Positions 20,542 through 30,236 of a DNA stretch of 64,000 nucleotides are shown here, in pieces. Source of the stretch: a virus. Lineage: Duplodnaviria > Caudoviricetes. The notes beneath the pieces are model-generated. The model had not been told where the DNA came from. It was given only the letters and a program-made list of their open reading frames with translations, and searched no databases. Numbering within the stretch: the stretch's first letter is position 1; every line of letters starts with the position of its first letter. The stretch is from positions 160,001 through 224,000 of the IMG/VR virus record IMGVR_UViG_2974671799_000001; one strand, written 5' to 3'. The position numbers and the translations under genes are program-made.

Positions 20542-21660
20542 ATGAAAGTAGGTAAACAAGCAAAGGATTTATCGGCAAAAGTAGGGTCGAAAATTGGAAA
20601 TATTACAAATGCAGAATCCGCATTAAAAAAGTTAAAAAAAGAACGTAAAGATACAATTTTAGGATATGCTAAACAGTATATCGATAAAATAAATGAAAAT
20701 CAGTATGTTAAGGCTAAATTAGATGTACATGAGCAAGATTATACAAGAATGTATATTGATATCGATAATAGTGGTTATGGTGGTGCTATTATAATGAATC
20801 ACGGTTATTCATCTATTGATATGGGTGATGTATTCAGAACAGTTGTAAATGTTAGTCTTTCGGGATATTCTAAAGAGGTTATAGACCCAATAATCGAATA
20901 CCCTATATATGGAGAAAAGAAAGTTTCTAATGAGAAAATGGGAGCTACATTAGAAAAGGTTTCAATAATCGCAAAAGAATTATCACAATTATATTGGATT
21001 ATGAACGGTTTCATTCTTTATAAAGAGGTTGAGAAAGAAGTAAAACAATTAGATAAAGAAATTGAAAATATCGAAAGTTTAGCAACATCAAACCCATATG
21101 TTGAACAATATGGTTTAGCAGAGGTTGTAGCTAATGAAGCTATAGCACACGCATTCAAACAAAAGAATTTCAAATTCCAACCTAAGAAATTTAGTGATTT
21201 AGTAAAAGATATCAAGAAAAATAAAGGATTCTATTTTACCCAAGGTGGTAATGGTAGTGGTGATATGTTCGGTTTATCTTGGCGTTATAACTCTATGGGT
21301 GATAATCAATCAGCTTGGGAACAAATGGTTATGGATATTGTAAATGTTGATACTCGTTTAAGTGAAGGTGATGTTATTTTACCAGTATTTGTAGAAAAAG
21401 GTGGTTTATACTCTGATATGATGAGTGAATTTAAAATCGAATCTAAAGGAAAAAACTTCAAAGGTGTTGCTAAATCTGCTTCTAGTGATGAAGTTAAATT
21501 ATCTAAAAAGTTATTATCAGCAAAGCCTAGAAAAGAAGTTTATTTATCTTCAACTAAAAACGATGTTTCAGATGTTTTCATACATAAAGGAGCATTCATT
21601 CTTTTATTAGCGTTATTCACTAATGAAATGGACGAATATAAAAAACTTTTCATTAACTAA
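20542..21660 (+). CDS. hypothetical protein
   Basis: 372-aa ORF with TAtaTTTG upstream and terminator near 21688-21726. Confidence 0.75.
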   Translation: MKVGKQAKDLSAKVGSKIGNITNAESALKKLKKERKDTILGYAKQYIDKINENQYVKAKLDVHEQDYTRMYIDIDNSGYGGAIIMNHGYSSIDMGDVFRTVVNVSLSGYSKEVIDPIIEYPIYGEKKVSNEKMGATLEKVSIIAKELSQLYWIMNGFILYKEVEKEVKQLDKEIENIESLATSNPYVEQYGLAEVVANEAIAHAFKQKNFKFQPKKFSDLVKDIKKNKGFYFTQGGNGSGDMFGLSWRYNSMGDNQSAWEQMVMDIVNVDTRLSEGDVILPVFVEKGGLYSDMMSEFKIESKGKNFKGVAKSASSDEVKLSKKLLSAKPRKEVYLSSTKNDVSDVFIHKGAFILLLALFTNEMDEYKKLFIN

Positions 21661-21729
21661 AAGAAAAATTTTTATAAATTATACTATAAAAAAGACCAAA
21701 ATTCGAAAGAGTTTTGGTCTTTTTTATTA

Positions 21730-22287
21730 TCAGATTTAACAGATATTTGGCTAATTTTCGTCTTAAACATAATTTTATTAATTTTATTCATAATATACTG
21801 ATTATCAATATTCTACACTTTTTATTTTTGTACTTAAAATAAATGTTAAAAATTTTGTTAAAAATGTTAAAATTACATACGTAAAATATTCGACATGACA
21901 AATTTTTTAACATTTTCGATTACAATTTTAAGTAACTGATTTACAACGTTTTATAAGAATTTAACAAATTTATGAATTTTGTTAAATTTTAAACAATTAC
22001 ACCCGAAAAATTTTCGACATATACAAACCTTGCTGTAGAGACAATATTTTAACAAATTCTTTGAAAGATTCTCAATAAAACGAATTTTTCGTTTAAAGAA
22101 AATCAGTAAAAATGTACCTAGGTGCATTTTCTTTTATATATTATAAATACAAATAAAATAAATAAAAGCGCGCGGAGAGAGGTTTAAAAAATTCTTATAA
22201 AAATTGTAATTAAAAATTTTGTTTTGAAAACATTTTGTTCTTTAAAATATTAATCTTTATATTTGCTAAAATTTTAAATTTTATATT
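21730..22287. other. AT-rich non-coding region with TTAACA/TGTTAA repeats (candidate origin 1)
   Basis: About 560 bp without an ORF; many ttaaca/tgttaa hexamers in both orientations; contains the 133-bp repeat. Confidence 0.5.
22024..22156 (+). repeat. 133-bp dispersed repeat, copy 1
   Basis: caaac...gacaatattttaacaaattcttt...aaaatgtacctaggtgcattttc...tatatattataaatacaaataa; near-identical to 51523-51655. Confidence 0.9.
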
Positions 22288-22647
22288 ATGGAAAGTAATC
22301 AGACAGAAATTGTTGTTGTATCTGCTTCATTAGGTAGTGGTAAAAAATGGGTCGGTGGTATCGAATATAAACAAAAAGTGAAAAACGTTGTTGAGAAATC
22401 TAAATGTTATGATACTATTGAACAAAACAAAAGTAAACGTTACAGGAAGTCTGAAATGAATAAGATTAAAACAAATCTTAACGGTACACTTTCAGAAGAC
22501 GGGTCATTAGTCGCATATCATATGATTGTTTTAAACAATAAAGAGGATATTGAAAATGCAGAAAATGTTTTAAAAGATAGGATTGAACAACACGTTATAA
22601 ATATTTATGAACGTGCTAAAGAATTAATGAGAAATTTAGAAAGTTAA
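22288..22647 (+). CDS. hypothetical protein
   Basis: 119-aa ORF behind a TAtaTTTG promoter. Confidence 0.7.
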   Translation: MESNQTEIVVVSASLGSGKKWVGGIEYKQKVKNVVEKSKCYDTIEQNKSKRYRKSEMNKIKTNLNGTLSEDGSLVAYHMIVLNNKEDIENAENVLKDRIEQHVINIYERAKELMRNLES

Positions 22648-22740
22648 AATAACTAGTTTTAAGAGACTTTTTAATATATACTTAGTATATTTATATAGAA
22701 TATATATAAAAGTCTCTTAAAACCACTTAAAAATAAGTTT

Positions 22741-23271
22741 ATGGCGACATTTAAGGCTATTGTAGCTACAGCAAGAAATAATATTATTGGAAATGGTGAA
22801 AAAATGGGTTGGAATATACCCGAAGAGTTGGAGTATTTCAAACAAGTTACACAAGGTTCAATAATTATAATGGGTCGAAAAACATTTGAATCAATTGGTT
22901 GTAGGTTATTGCCGAATAGGAAGACTATCGTAATTACTCGTGAGAATGGGTATAAGAATCGTCTTTTGAGTGAAGGTAGGATAAGCAAAAATGATTATGA
23001 TAATTTACTATTAGTCACAAGTTATCGCGATGTGATTATACGTGTTTCATTATTCAATACACAAACTGATGTTTTTGTTGTTGGTGGTGGTGAAATTTAT
23101 AAAATGTTTGAGTATCTTTATGATGAAATTTATGTGAGTCGTATTGATATGGATATTGAAGGTGATGTTACTTTCGATATTGATTTAAAGCACTATTCTA
23201 TGGATATAGTTAGAGAACCTATTATGAAGAATGGTAAAGAATTAGTTAAATTTGAAAGATATAGATTATGA
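22741..23271 (+). CDS. folA: dihydrofolate reductase
   Basis: IVATARNNIIG, WNIPEELEYFK, IIMGRKTFESIG, LPNR, VVGGGEIY, EGD motifs. Confidence 0.95.
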   Translation: MATFKAIVATARNNIIGNGEKMGWNIPEELEYFKQVTQGSIIIMGRKTFESIGCRLLPNRKTIVITRENGYKNRLLSEGRISKNDYDNLLLVTSYRDVIIRVSLFNTQTDVFVVGGGEIYKMFEYLYDEIYVSRIDMDIEGDVTFDIDLKHYSMDIVREPIMKNGKELVKFERYRL

Positions 23272-23651
23272 AATTAGAAGATTATCAAAATAAGTTTAAG
23301 GAGCTTAAAGATATTGAGTTTGAGGAATTAGAAATTCCAAAAGGTGAAACACTTGAAAAGTTTTTAAAACAACATAAAATAGATGATGATTATGAGATAA
23401 CACTATGTCATATATTCAAAAAAGATATCAAAAGATTTGATTACTTTTACAATGTCTATGTGAAGGATTGTCAGAGAAAAATTTACAGAACATTGAATGA
23501 TGATACTAAGTTACATCAACAAGTGTTTGGTGTTCCTCATGTGTATGTTAGAGAGGAAGATAAATTTTATAGAATACCAAATTCTATACTTCATAATGAT
23601 GTAGAATCGGACTTGATAATTGAGAAGATAGAGGAAAATTGGTTAAATTAA
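23268..23651 (+). CDS. hypothetical protein
   Basis: ATGA overlap with DHFR. Confidence 0.7.
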   Translation: MKLEDYQNKFKELKDIEFEELEIPKGETLEKFLKQHKIDDDYEITLCHIFKKDIKRFDYFYNVYVKDCQRKIYRTLNDDTKLHQQVFGVPHVYVREEDKFYRIPNSILHNDVESDLIIEKIEENWLN

Positions 23652-23652
23652 T

Positions 23653-23733
23653 AAAAAATCCGTTTCACATTTGGTGGAATGGATTTTTTGTTTTAGATTT
23701 GTGTTATAATTAAAAAACTTAAAAACTATTATA
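23653..23733 (+). promoter_or_regulatory. stem-loop plus promoter cassette, type B copy 1
   Basis: aaaaaatccgtttca-catttgg-tggaatggatttttt then TAgaTTTG; near-identical to 35083-35149. Confidence 0.75.
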
Positions 23734-24336
23734 ATGGAAAGTAATTTATTCGAAACTAGAAGAAAAGAAGTATTGGGAACTGTTGATTATGAATTGAAAG
23801 AACCATTTAGAACCCCAGTTAATTTAGAAATTGTTAAAAAAGGAACTGATTTTTTTGCTTCACTTTTTGAAGAAAAAGAAATTAAAAAAGCTATAAATAG
23901 GATATATTCAATGTATGAATTTTCCGAAAATATGATGGTAAAGGATGTAAACCTAATTCCTGCTAGGTCTGTTTTAAAACATAATACAGAATACAATTAT
24001 TATAAACAATCTTTATCTTACATTTTTTCATGGTTATTAATCAGAATTGGTGAAGGAACAATGAAAAATGAAAGTGAAACAATCCAAAGATTTAAAAACT
24101 ATATTGAGTTCAGAAAGAATAAAATAATAAGTGAAATGATTGAAAGAACACCATCATTTAACTCAACTTGTGTTATGTCTAACATGAAAGAGATTTATGA
24201 AAATGAGGCTAGAGCATATATGTTAAGAAATATATTCTTACCTATTTCAAATTCTTTAAACGGTAAGATTGGTGATACTACATCTTCTATAAGTGTTGGA
24301 TTTCCTACATCAAATTTTAATAATAAAAATTGTTAA
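23734..24336 (+). CDS. hypothetical protein
   Basis: 200-aa ORF behind a promoter cassette. Confidence 0.72.
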   Translation: MESNLFETRRKEVLGTVDYELKEPFRTPVNLEIVKKGTDFFASLFEEKEIKKAINRIYSMYEFSENMMVKDVNLIPARSVLKHNTEYNYYKQSLSYIFSWLLIRIGEGTMKNESETIQRFKNYIEFRKNKIISEMIERTPSFNSTCVMSNMKEIYENEARAYMLRNIFLPISNSLNGKIGDTTSSISVGFPTSNFNNKNC

Positions 24337-24338
24337 TC

Positions 24339-24611
24339 ATGAGTGAAGTAATTAAAGGTTTAGTTCCTGATTATAAAGATTTTGATTTTAATGTTTTATA
24401 TTGTGCTAAAATAAAACACAATTCGATTCACATTAATTATTCTTTGATGGGTGAATTTTTGAAGTTCTATAATGAGAATAAAAAGGATGATGAAGTTTTG
24501 GTACAGAGTAAGGGTGTTTATGATACTGGTGTTAAACAAGTTATTGTACTTTGGTCTTCCGAAGGCACTTATTTAAAATTCAAAGATGAGGTTTTAAAGA
24601 AATATAGTTAA
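24339..24611 (+). CDS. hypothetical protein
   Basis: ATG at 24339 (MSEVIK) just after the upstream stop. Confidence 0.65.
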   Translation: MSEVIKGLVPDYKDFDFNVLYCAKIKHNSIHINYSLMGEFLKFYNENKKDDEVLVQSKGVYDTGVKQVIVLWSSEGTYLKFKDEVLKKYS

Positions 24612-24717
24612 ATCATATAAAATAAATTTTGTAGAAAAAGCCGAGATATTTTTTAGTATCTCGGCTTTTTTGATTAGTTTTGTGTAAAACAATTACAAAA
24701 TGTAAAACAATAGAACA

Positions 24718-25182
24718 ATGTTAAAAGAACTTTATGATGCTGTCATAAAACAGCCGTTCGATGAAGAACGTTATAGCCCACAACCTAAATCAAAACTAAA
24801 AGGATTTGATGTTAGGATTATAAGTAAAAGAGAAAAAATATCCAAAATACCTAGATTAATATTAAGTGTTGATATGGGAAGAGCTATCCCAAATGAGGGT
24901 AGTATAATAGTTGCTGAGGAAATTGGTGATATTTATCAAAATAAAAAGACTGTTTTAGTAGAAAATATTCATTGGATTTTCAATATTGAAATAAAACTAC
25001 CTTTGATTTATAATTATGATAGTTTATTAAATCTAGAACGTTTAGAAAATATTGATGAATTTTTATATATCGATGTTGATGCTTTGAAATTGGAATTGGA
25101 ACATAAATTTTCTATTTTAAGGAAAACAGTTAGCTATTATAATGAAGATTTTAAATATAAAAGAAATCTTTTTGGTTGGTAA
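24718..25182 (+). CDS. hypothetical protein
   Basis: 154-aa ORF behind a hairpin plus TAgtTTTG promoter. Confidence 0.7.
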   Translation: MLKELYDAVIKQPFDEERYSPQPKSKLKGFDVRIISKREKISKIPRLILSVDMGRAIPNEGSIIVAEEIGDIYQNKKTVLVENIHWIFNIEIKLPLIYNYDSLLNLERLENIDEFLYIDVDALKLELEHKFSILRKTVSYYNEDFKYKRNLFGW

Positions 25183-25316
25183 TCAGATGTTTAAAAAATA
25201 TTTTTAAAATTTTAATAAAATTTTCATTGTATAACTAAAAAAAGTTGTATATTTGAAGTGTCTAAAGTGACAAACATTTAAAAACATAAAAACAAAACAT
25301 TTTTAAAATTAGAATC

Positions 25317-25463
25317 ATGGCAAAATTAAGTCAAAAACAAAGAGAGCAAAGAGGTCAAAACGGATTAGTAACAAAAAATGCTACTAAGAAGTTGAAGAGA
25401 AAATCTTTAAACAAGACACCAAAGGTGTCAAAGAAAGTTGACTTTAGAGAATTAGATATTTAA
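25317..25463 (+). CDS. small basic protein (48 aa; not in ORF track)
   Basis: MAKLSQKQREQRGQNGLVTKNATKKLKRKSLNKTPKVSKKVDFRELDI; first gene after the promoter near 25248, with A-rich leader. Confidence 0.7.
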   Translation: MAKLSQKQREQRGQNGLVTKNATKKLKRKSLNKTPKVSKKVDFRELDI

Positions 25464-25467
25464 TACT

Positions 25468-26130
25468 ATGAAGATTGTAGTAGAATATAAGGTAATGCTT
25501 CGTGGTGCAGAAGAGGTTTCAAAGTTAACTGAAACTCATTTGCTTTCCGAAGCATTATCTGATAAAGAAAGAACCTTAATCGTTAAAGACCAAAATGGCG
25601 GTGAAGACTTCGAATTGAAATCAGACTATAGTATAGCAGACCAATTCGAGGACTATTTAGATGAGACGGATTTATCAGATTGGATGGATAGTAATGATGT
25701 TTCAATTATAATTAACTATAAGGTTTTAGAGGTTATTCAAGATGGTGATTCTCGCGATTTACCAACAATTCAAAGTGACATGGAATTGCGTGAAATGAAA
25801 CAATCAACTGAATCATTTGAATTTGGGCTATATTATTTATACTCGAAAGGTGTTATAACAAATAAAAAGTTGATTTTAGATTGCATGGCTGTTTATTCAA
25901 AAATGTATGATAGTATAAAAGATTTGAAGACTCATAAACAAATAGATATAGTTTTAAAGGCGACAGGTGTTGCATACGACTCTGCATCAAATGCTTATCA
26001 ACATATGACTAACATACTTAAATCATCAAATTCTGATGAAATGAAAGAACTTATAAAATCATGTGACGATGATGAAGATATTTTAAGATTAAAACAAGAG
26101 TTTAATAAAAAACAAAGAGAAAATGAATAA
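25468..26130 (+). CDS. hypothetical protein
   Basis: 220-aa acidic ORF. Confidence 0.75.
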   Translation: MKIVVEYKVMLRGAEEVSKLTETHLLSEALSDKERTLIVKDQNGGEDFELKSDYSIADQFEDYLDETDLSDWMDSNDVSIIINYKVLEVIQDGDSRDLPTIQSDMELREMKQSTESFEFGLYYLYSKGVITNKKLILDCMAVYSKMYDSIKDLKTHKQIDIVLKATGVAYDSASNAYQHMTNILKSSNSDEMKELIKSCDDDEDILRLKQEFNKKQRENE

Positions 26131-26614
26131 TTTAGACCATATAGTACCCGAAATTTTAGCAAATTCTATTAGTAAAGTATTGACTAGAAACACTAAAATA
26201 AGACCTTTTAGAGTTTTAATTTTCAAAGATGATATTACTGAATTTCATATCAAAAAATACGATTACACTATAGTATTAGCTTCAATGGATTATAAAGAGT
26301 TCAAAAGCGGTATTGGATTTTTTGGTAATCAAGATTTCGATAGACAAGCTATGAAGTTAAATAAAACTCCTGAAAACTACTATGAGACTTTCAGAAAAGA
26401 ATCATGTTTACAAATAGCATTATCGGTTTCTAATAAAATAGAAGATATATTAACAAGTATTTTTTCTACTTCTATTGATATTGATACAATTAAAGGTACT
26501 GAGAATATATTAACAAATTGTGTATTGAAGGGTGAAAATTTAACACCACATATTGTAATAGGTGTTGAATTAAGTGATATTAAGTCTCCTGAATCTGTAT
26601 TAATTGTACACTAA
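26123..26614 (+). CDS. hypothetical protein
   Basis: 163 aa, overlapping start and stop. Confidence 0.7.
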   Translation: MNNLDHIVPEILANSISKVLTRNTKIRPFRVLIFKDDITEFHIKKYDYTIVLASMDYKEFKSGIGFFGNQDFDRQAMKLNKTPENYYETFRKESCLQIALSVSNKIEDILTSIFSTSIDIDTIKGTENILTNCVLKGENLTPHIVIGVELSDIKSPESVLIVH

Positions 26615-26662
26615 TTTATTGAATAATAACAGTCATAACTTAAAAATTTAAAAACTTAAAAA

Positions 26663-27202
26663 ATGTACACATACGACAAAGATTATAAAAGTGATATTGT
26701 ATCACAAATGGCTTATAATAGAACTTATATGAAGTTCGTAACTTTAGTTTTTGATGAAAAATGTCTTCCAATCATTATAAAGACTGATTTATCTAGGAGT
26801 TCTTTTGAAGAAATAATTGTTTGGGTAGAAAACATTGAGTGTGATATAATGTATTTCAATGGTAAACTTATAAAAATAAACGAAGATGCTATTAAACTAA
26901 AAGGTGTTGATTTCGAAGATTTAGAAAGACTTTTCCCTGATTTATTATCTGAAATGTTTCCTAATATCAATGATTTCATAGTTTATTACAAGTATGAAAA
27001 TTACTATAAAATCATGAACAAAACCCAAGAAGATATTTTCTTTGATGTTATGAAGATTTCACCAAAATCATATAGAATTATTCAACACACTCCATATGAC
27101 CAACCAACAGTTATAGTGATTGGTGGTAAAAATTACTTGACTAGAGAGCAAGTTGAAGAGTATTTGAAAATTGATTTAGATATGGTTTCTGTACATCTTT
27201 AA
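26663..27202 (+). CDS. hypothetical protein
   Basis: 179-aa ORF with A-rich leader. Confidence 0.7.
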   Translation: MYTYDKDYKSDIVSQMAYNRTYMKFVTLVFDEKCLPIIIKTDLSRSSFEEIIVWVENIECDIMYFNGKLIKINEDAIKLKGVDFEDLERLFPDLLSEMFPNINDFIVYYKYENYYKIMNKTQEDIFFDVMKISPKSYRIIQHTPYDQPTVIVIGGKNYLTREQVEEYLKIDLDMVSVHL

Positions 27203-27282
27203 AATTATTTTATATTTTATTTTTATTGTTTATAAAAAAGAATTATCTTTGATGTATCGAAAGATATTTAAAAACAATAAAA

Positions 27283-27516
27283 ATGAAATTAGTACACACA
27301 AAATTAAGAAAGTCATTAAAAGAATTATCTAGAACAACTGAATCTTATTTAGTTTTAACATCGATAAAACAATTTTTGATGGGGTATAGTAACTCGATTT
27401 TAGCTATTGAAAACAATATTTCGAGTTATATTAATGATTTAACATTAGAAGAGCTTTTACCTGAGTTTAAAAGAGTGGAGATTCTTAATACTGAAAGAAG
27501 AAGCGCGAAATTATAA
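27283..27516 (+). CDS. hypothetical protein
   Basis: 77-aa ORF behind a TAtcTTTG promoter. Confidence 0.65.
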   Translation: MKLVHTKLRKSLKELSRTTESYLVLTSIKQFLMGYSNSILAIENNISSYINDLTLEELLPEFKRVEILNTERRSAKL

Positions 27517-27585
27517 AAATTTCCATCTGAATTATTGTCAGATGGAAATTTTGTTGTATATTAGCACTATAAAAATTAAACAACA

Positions 27586-28263
27586 ATGAAAAATTTATTC
27601 ACAACAGCGTTATTAGTAGGATTTATAATTTTCCTTTATTCATTTTCAAAAGGTGAGCGAGAATTAGCTAATAATATCGAAATCAAAAAAGAGCAAATTA
27701 TAGAACAAATTAAAGTAGAGGCTGTCACAACAGAAGTAATCATTTTAGAGTCTGTAGATAAAGATATTACTACTATAGAGTCTGTAGAGTCTGTAGATAA
27801 AGATATTACTTTAGGTATGGTTAAATATATGGATGCTATCGGAATGCAGGAATCTTCTGATAACTATGATACTATTAATAAGTATGGTTATAAGGGTCGT
27901 TATCAATTTGGTGGTAGTGCATTAAAAGATTTAAAGATACATAATAGGAAAGATTTTCTAAAAAATGAAGAATTACAGGATAATGCTTTTATATCATTAT
28001 GTAGAATAAATAAGTATCGTTTAAGAAAATTCATAAATAAGTATGAAGGGTCTGTTATAAATGGTATTAAAATTACAGAGAGTGGTATTTTAGCTTCTGC
28101 ACATTTAGTTGGTGCAAAATCTGTTAAGGAATATTTAAAAAGTAACGGAAATAAAATAAGAAAAGATGCGAACGGAACAAGTGTTGAAAAGTACATGAAA
28201 AAGTTCGCAGGTTATGAGTTAAACATAACAGCTAAAAGAAAGATTAACTTAAAGAATTTTTAA
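27586..28263 (+). CDS. exported or membrane-anchored lysozyme-like (transglycosylase-fold) protein
   Basis: N-terminal hydrophobic segment; IGMQESSDNY..IN..GYKGRYQFG catalytic-Glu motif; LASAHLVG; internal duplicated ESVDKDIT. Confidence 0.75.
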   Translation: MKNLFTTALLVGFIIFLYSFSKGERELANNIEIKKEQIIEQIKVEAVTTEVIILESVDKDITTIESVESVDKDITLGMVKYMDAIGMQESSDNYDTINKYGYKGRYQFGGSALKDLKIHNRKDFLKNEELQDNAFISLCRINKYRLRKFINKYEGSVINGIKITESGILASAHLVGAKSVKEYLKSNGNKIRKDANGTSVEKYMKKFAGYELNITAKRKINLKNF

Positions 28264-28267
28264 AAAT

Positions 28268-28732
28268 ATGATTACAAGCGTTGGTTTCCAACTTGAAAAT
28301 GGAATAGGTGGTGTCCTATATGTTAATAAGAATAAAACTCAATTAAAGAAAGTTGAGGTGCAGAAATATATAAGAGAAACATTCCCAATGATTTCAGATA
28401 AGATAAAGGAGTATATTGATGGTAATGGTTATATATTCACAATTAACAATATAACATATTTCAATACTGATGAAGCAATAACAGTAAAAATAACCAATGA
28501 TAAACATGATTTTACTTTATTTAATGATTTGATTAATGGTAAAATTCGAGTTATTGTAACAGATATGTCAACTATGGAAGTTGTGAGGGAATATGATGTA
28601 TTTGATTTATATGAGTACATTAGTGAAGATGTATTAGCTTCTTTAATTGATACACGAAATGAGCATGAGGAATTAATTGTACATTTATGTTTACTATCCG
28701 AAATAATGGTTAAACGTATTCTTATTTCATAG
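28268..28732 (+). CDS. hypothetical protein
   Basis: 154-aa ORF ending in TAG. Confidence 0.7.
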   Translation: MITSVGFQLENGIGGVLYVNKNKTQLKKVEVQKYIRETFPMISDKIKEYIDGNGYIFTINNITYFNTDEAITVKITNDKHDFTLFNDLINGKIRVIVTDMSTMEVVREYDVFDLYEYISEDVLASLIDTRNEHEELIVHLCLLSEIMVKRILIS

Positions 28733-28800
28733 TTCGACAGTATTCTTTGTTTATTTGGTATTTAATGTATATATTTGCATCAATAATAAAAATAATATAC

Positions 28801-29490
28801 ATGGCAAAAAACGGATTCTCAACCCCTGAAAGAATCATTAAGTTAGAGCAAAAATACAGGAATGATGATATTGTTTATACGATGAACGATACAAGAAAAA
28901 ATAGAGATATTTTATTTGCAATATCATATAAGGTCGCTGTTGGTGTAGGTAAAAGAATTTACAACAATAATGTTTCAAATTCAAAAATCATAACACTTGA
29001 TGATTCTATTCAAAATGGTTATTTAGGTATTAATGAAGCATCTAACAGATGGTTGCAATTAAAAGAGTCGGAAAGACGAAAATATTATTCATTCAATGCA
29101 TATGCCACACCTTGGGTAAATAAATACATTCAATCATTTTTCGAAATGAACGTGTTTATGATTAGTCACCCACACAACATTATTAAGGACATACGTGAAG
29201 ATTTTAGTTTTGGTTCTTTAGATTATAGTGATGCTCATAACATAAATGATTATTTCACAGATAATGATGATTTTACTGATTTCGATTCATTAGATGGTAT
29301 TGATAATAGTAAATTGGAATTTATTAGAAATATTGTTGGTGATTATGATTATAACTTTCTTTTGAAATATTATGATAAATCTATACCTAGAACAGAATTA
29401 GCCAAGATTTTTGATGTTGATTTAAACAATAAAATGAAACTTTTAATTCAAAAGATAAAAATTAAAACTAAGAAATATGAGCAAGTCTGA
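28801..29490 (+). CDS. RNA polymerase sigma-70 family factor
   Basis: Region 2-like DDSIQNGYLGINEASNRW...SFNAYATPWVNKYI and C-terminal HTH-like RTELAKIFDV; start revised to MAKNG. Confidence 0.75.
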   Translation: MAKNGFSTPERIIKLEQKYRNDDIVYTMNDTRKNRDILFAISYKVAVGVGKRIYNNNVSNSKIITLDDSIQNGYLGINEASNRWLQLKESERRKYYSFNAYATPWVNKYIQSFFEMNVFMISHPHNIIKDIREDFSFGSLDYSDAHNINDYFTDNDDFTDFDSLDGIDNSKLEFIRNIVGDYDYNFLLKYYDKSIPRTELAKIFDVDLNNKMKLLIQKIKIKTKKYEQV

Positions 29491-29722
29491 TAACAAAAGT
29501 AAAATAGATGATTTTAAAAGTTATGAAGAGTACTTAGAATCACTAATCCCAAACAATGATGAGGATTCTTTAAGAAAAAAGTATTTCAATAATTTTGAGA
29601 AATATGCATCATATTTAGGTAATGGGGTTTATACATGGGATGGCTTTTATTCATCATGTACAAGAGAGTTATGGTTAATGGGTGCTTTACACAGAGAAAA
29701 AATTATTTTTGAAAAACTATAA
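29477..29722 (+). CDS. hypothetical protein
   Basis: 81-aa ORF overlapping the sigma gene stop. Confidence 0.6.
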   Translation: MSKSDNKSKIDDFKSYEEYLESLIPNNDEDSLRKKYFNNFEKYASYLGNGVYTWDGFYSSCTRELWLMGALHREKIIFEKL

Positions 29723-29744
29723 ATATAGTATAAATTATGAAAAT

Positions 29745-30221
29745 ATGAGTAAATTACCAAATCCAAAGTTGAAGGATATAAACTTAGGCGAATCACACGC
29801 ATCATTAGGAAGTGCATCTAAATCTAACTTCTCAGAGATTGAAAAATATTTAAGTAATCATAATGAAAGAATAGATGATTTAGAAGAAAATTCAGGTAAT
29901 AATATTGGTTTAGGTGATGATGATATAGTTAATATTGTAAATGCTGTTAGGTCAAGTATGGTTAAAATTATTCCATTGAGCGCAACACATACAGATGGTG
30001 TTACAACACTTCTTGACAATAATTGTACTGTAACACGTTCAGGTAATAAATTTATTATCCAAACACCTAGTGCTATTGAGTATTCACCTATAGGTTTACG
30101 AGACGCAACAACAAAAAGTTATGCAAGCGCATACGATGTAAAAATTGATAACACGAATCAAATAATTGTAAGTTTTTCACCGTTTATTAAACAGAATTTA
30201 GAACTTATTTTATTTGGATAA
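29745..30221 (+). CDS. putative virion structural protein
   Basis: Late motif actataaata at 29716; start revised to MSKLP; short coiled coil then beta-rich domain. Confidence 0.6.
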   Translation: MSKLPNPKLKDINLGESHASLGSASKSNFSEIEKYLSNHNERIDDLEENSGNNIGLGDDDIVNIVNAVRSSMVKIIPLSATHTDGVTTLLDNNCTVTRSGNKFIIQTPSAIEYSPIGLRDATTKSYASAYDVKIDNTNQIIVSFSPFIKQNLELILFG

Positions 30222-30236
30222 AAACATTATTTAAAC

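Noticed and set aside
21730-22020. CRISPR array in the repeat-rich intergenic regions
   Set aside because: Repeats are 6-8 nt, irregularly spaced and in both orientations; there is no repeat-spacer periodicity and no cas gene in the window.
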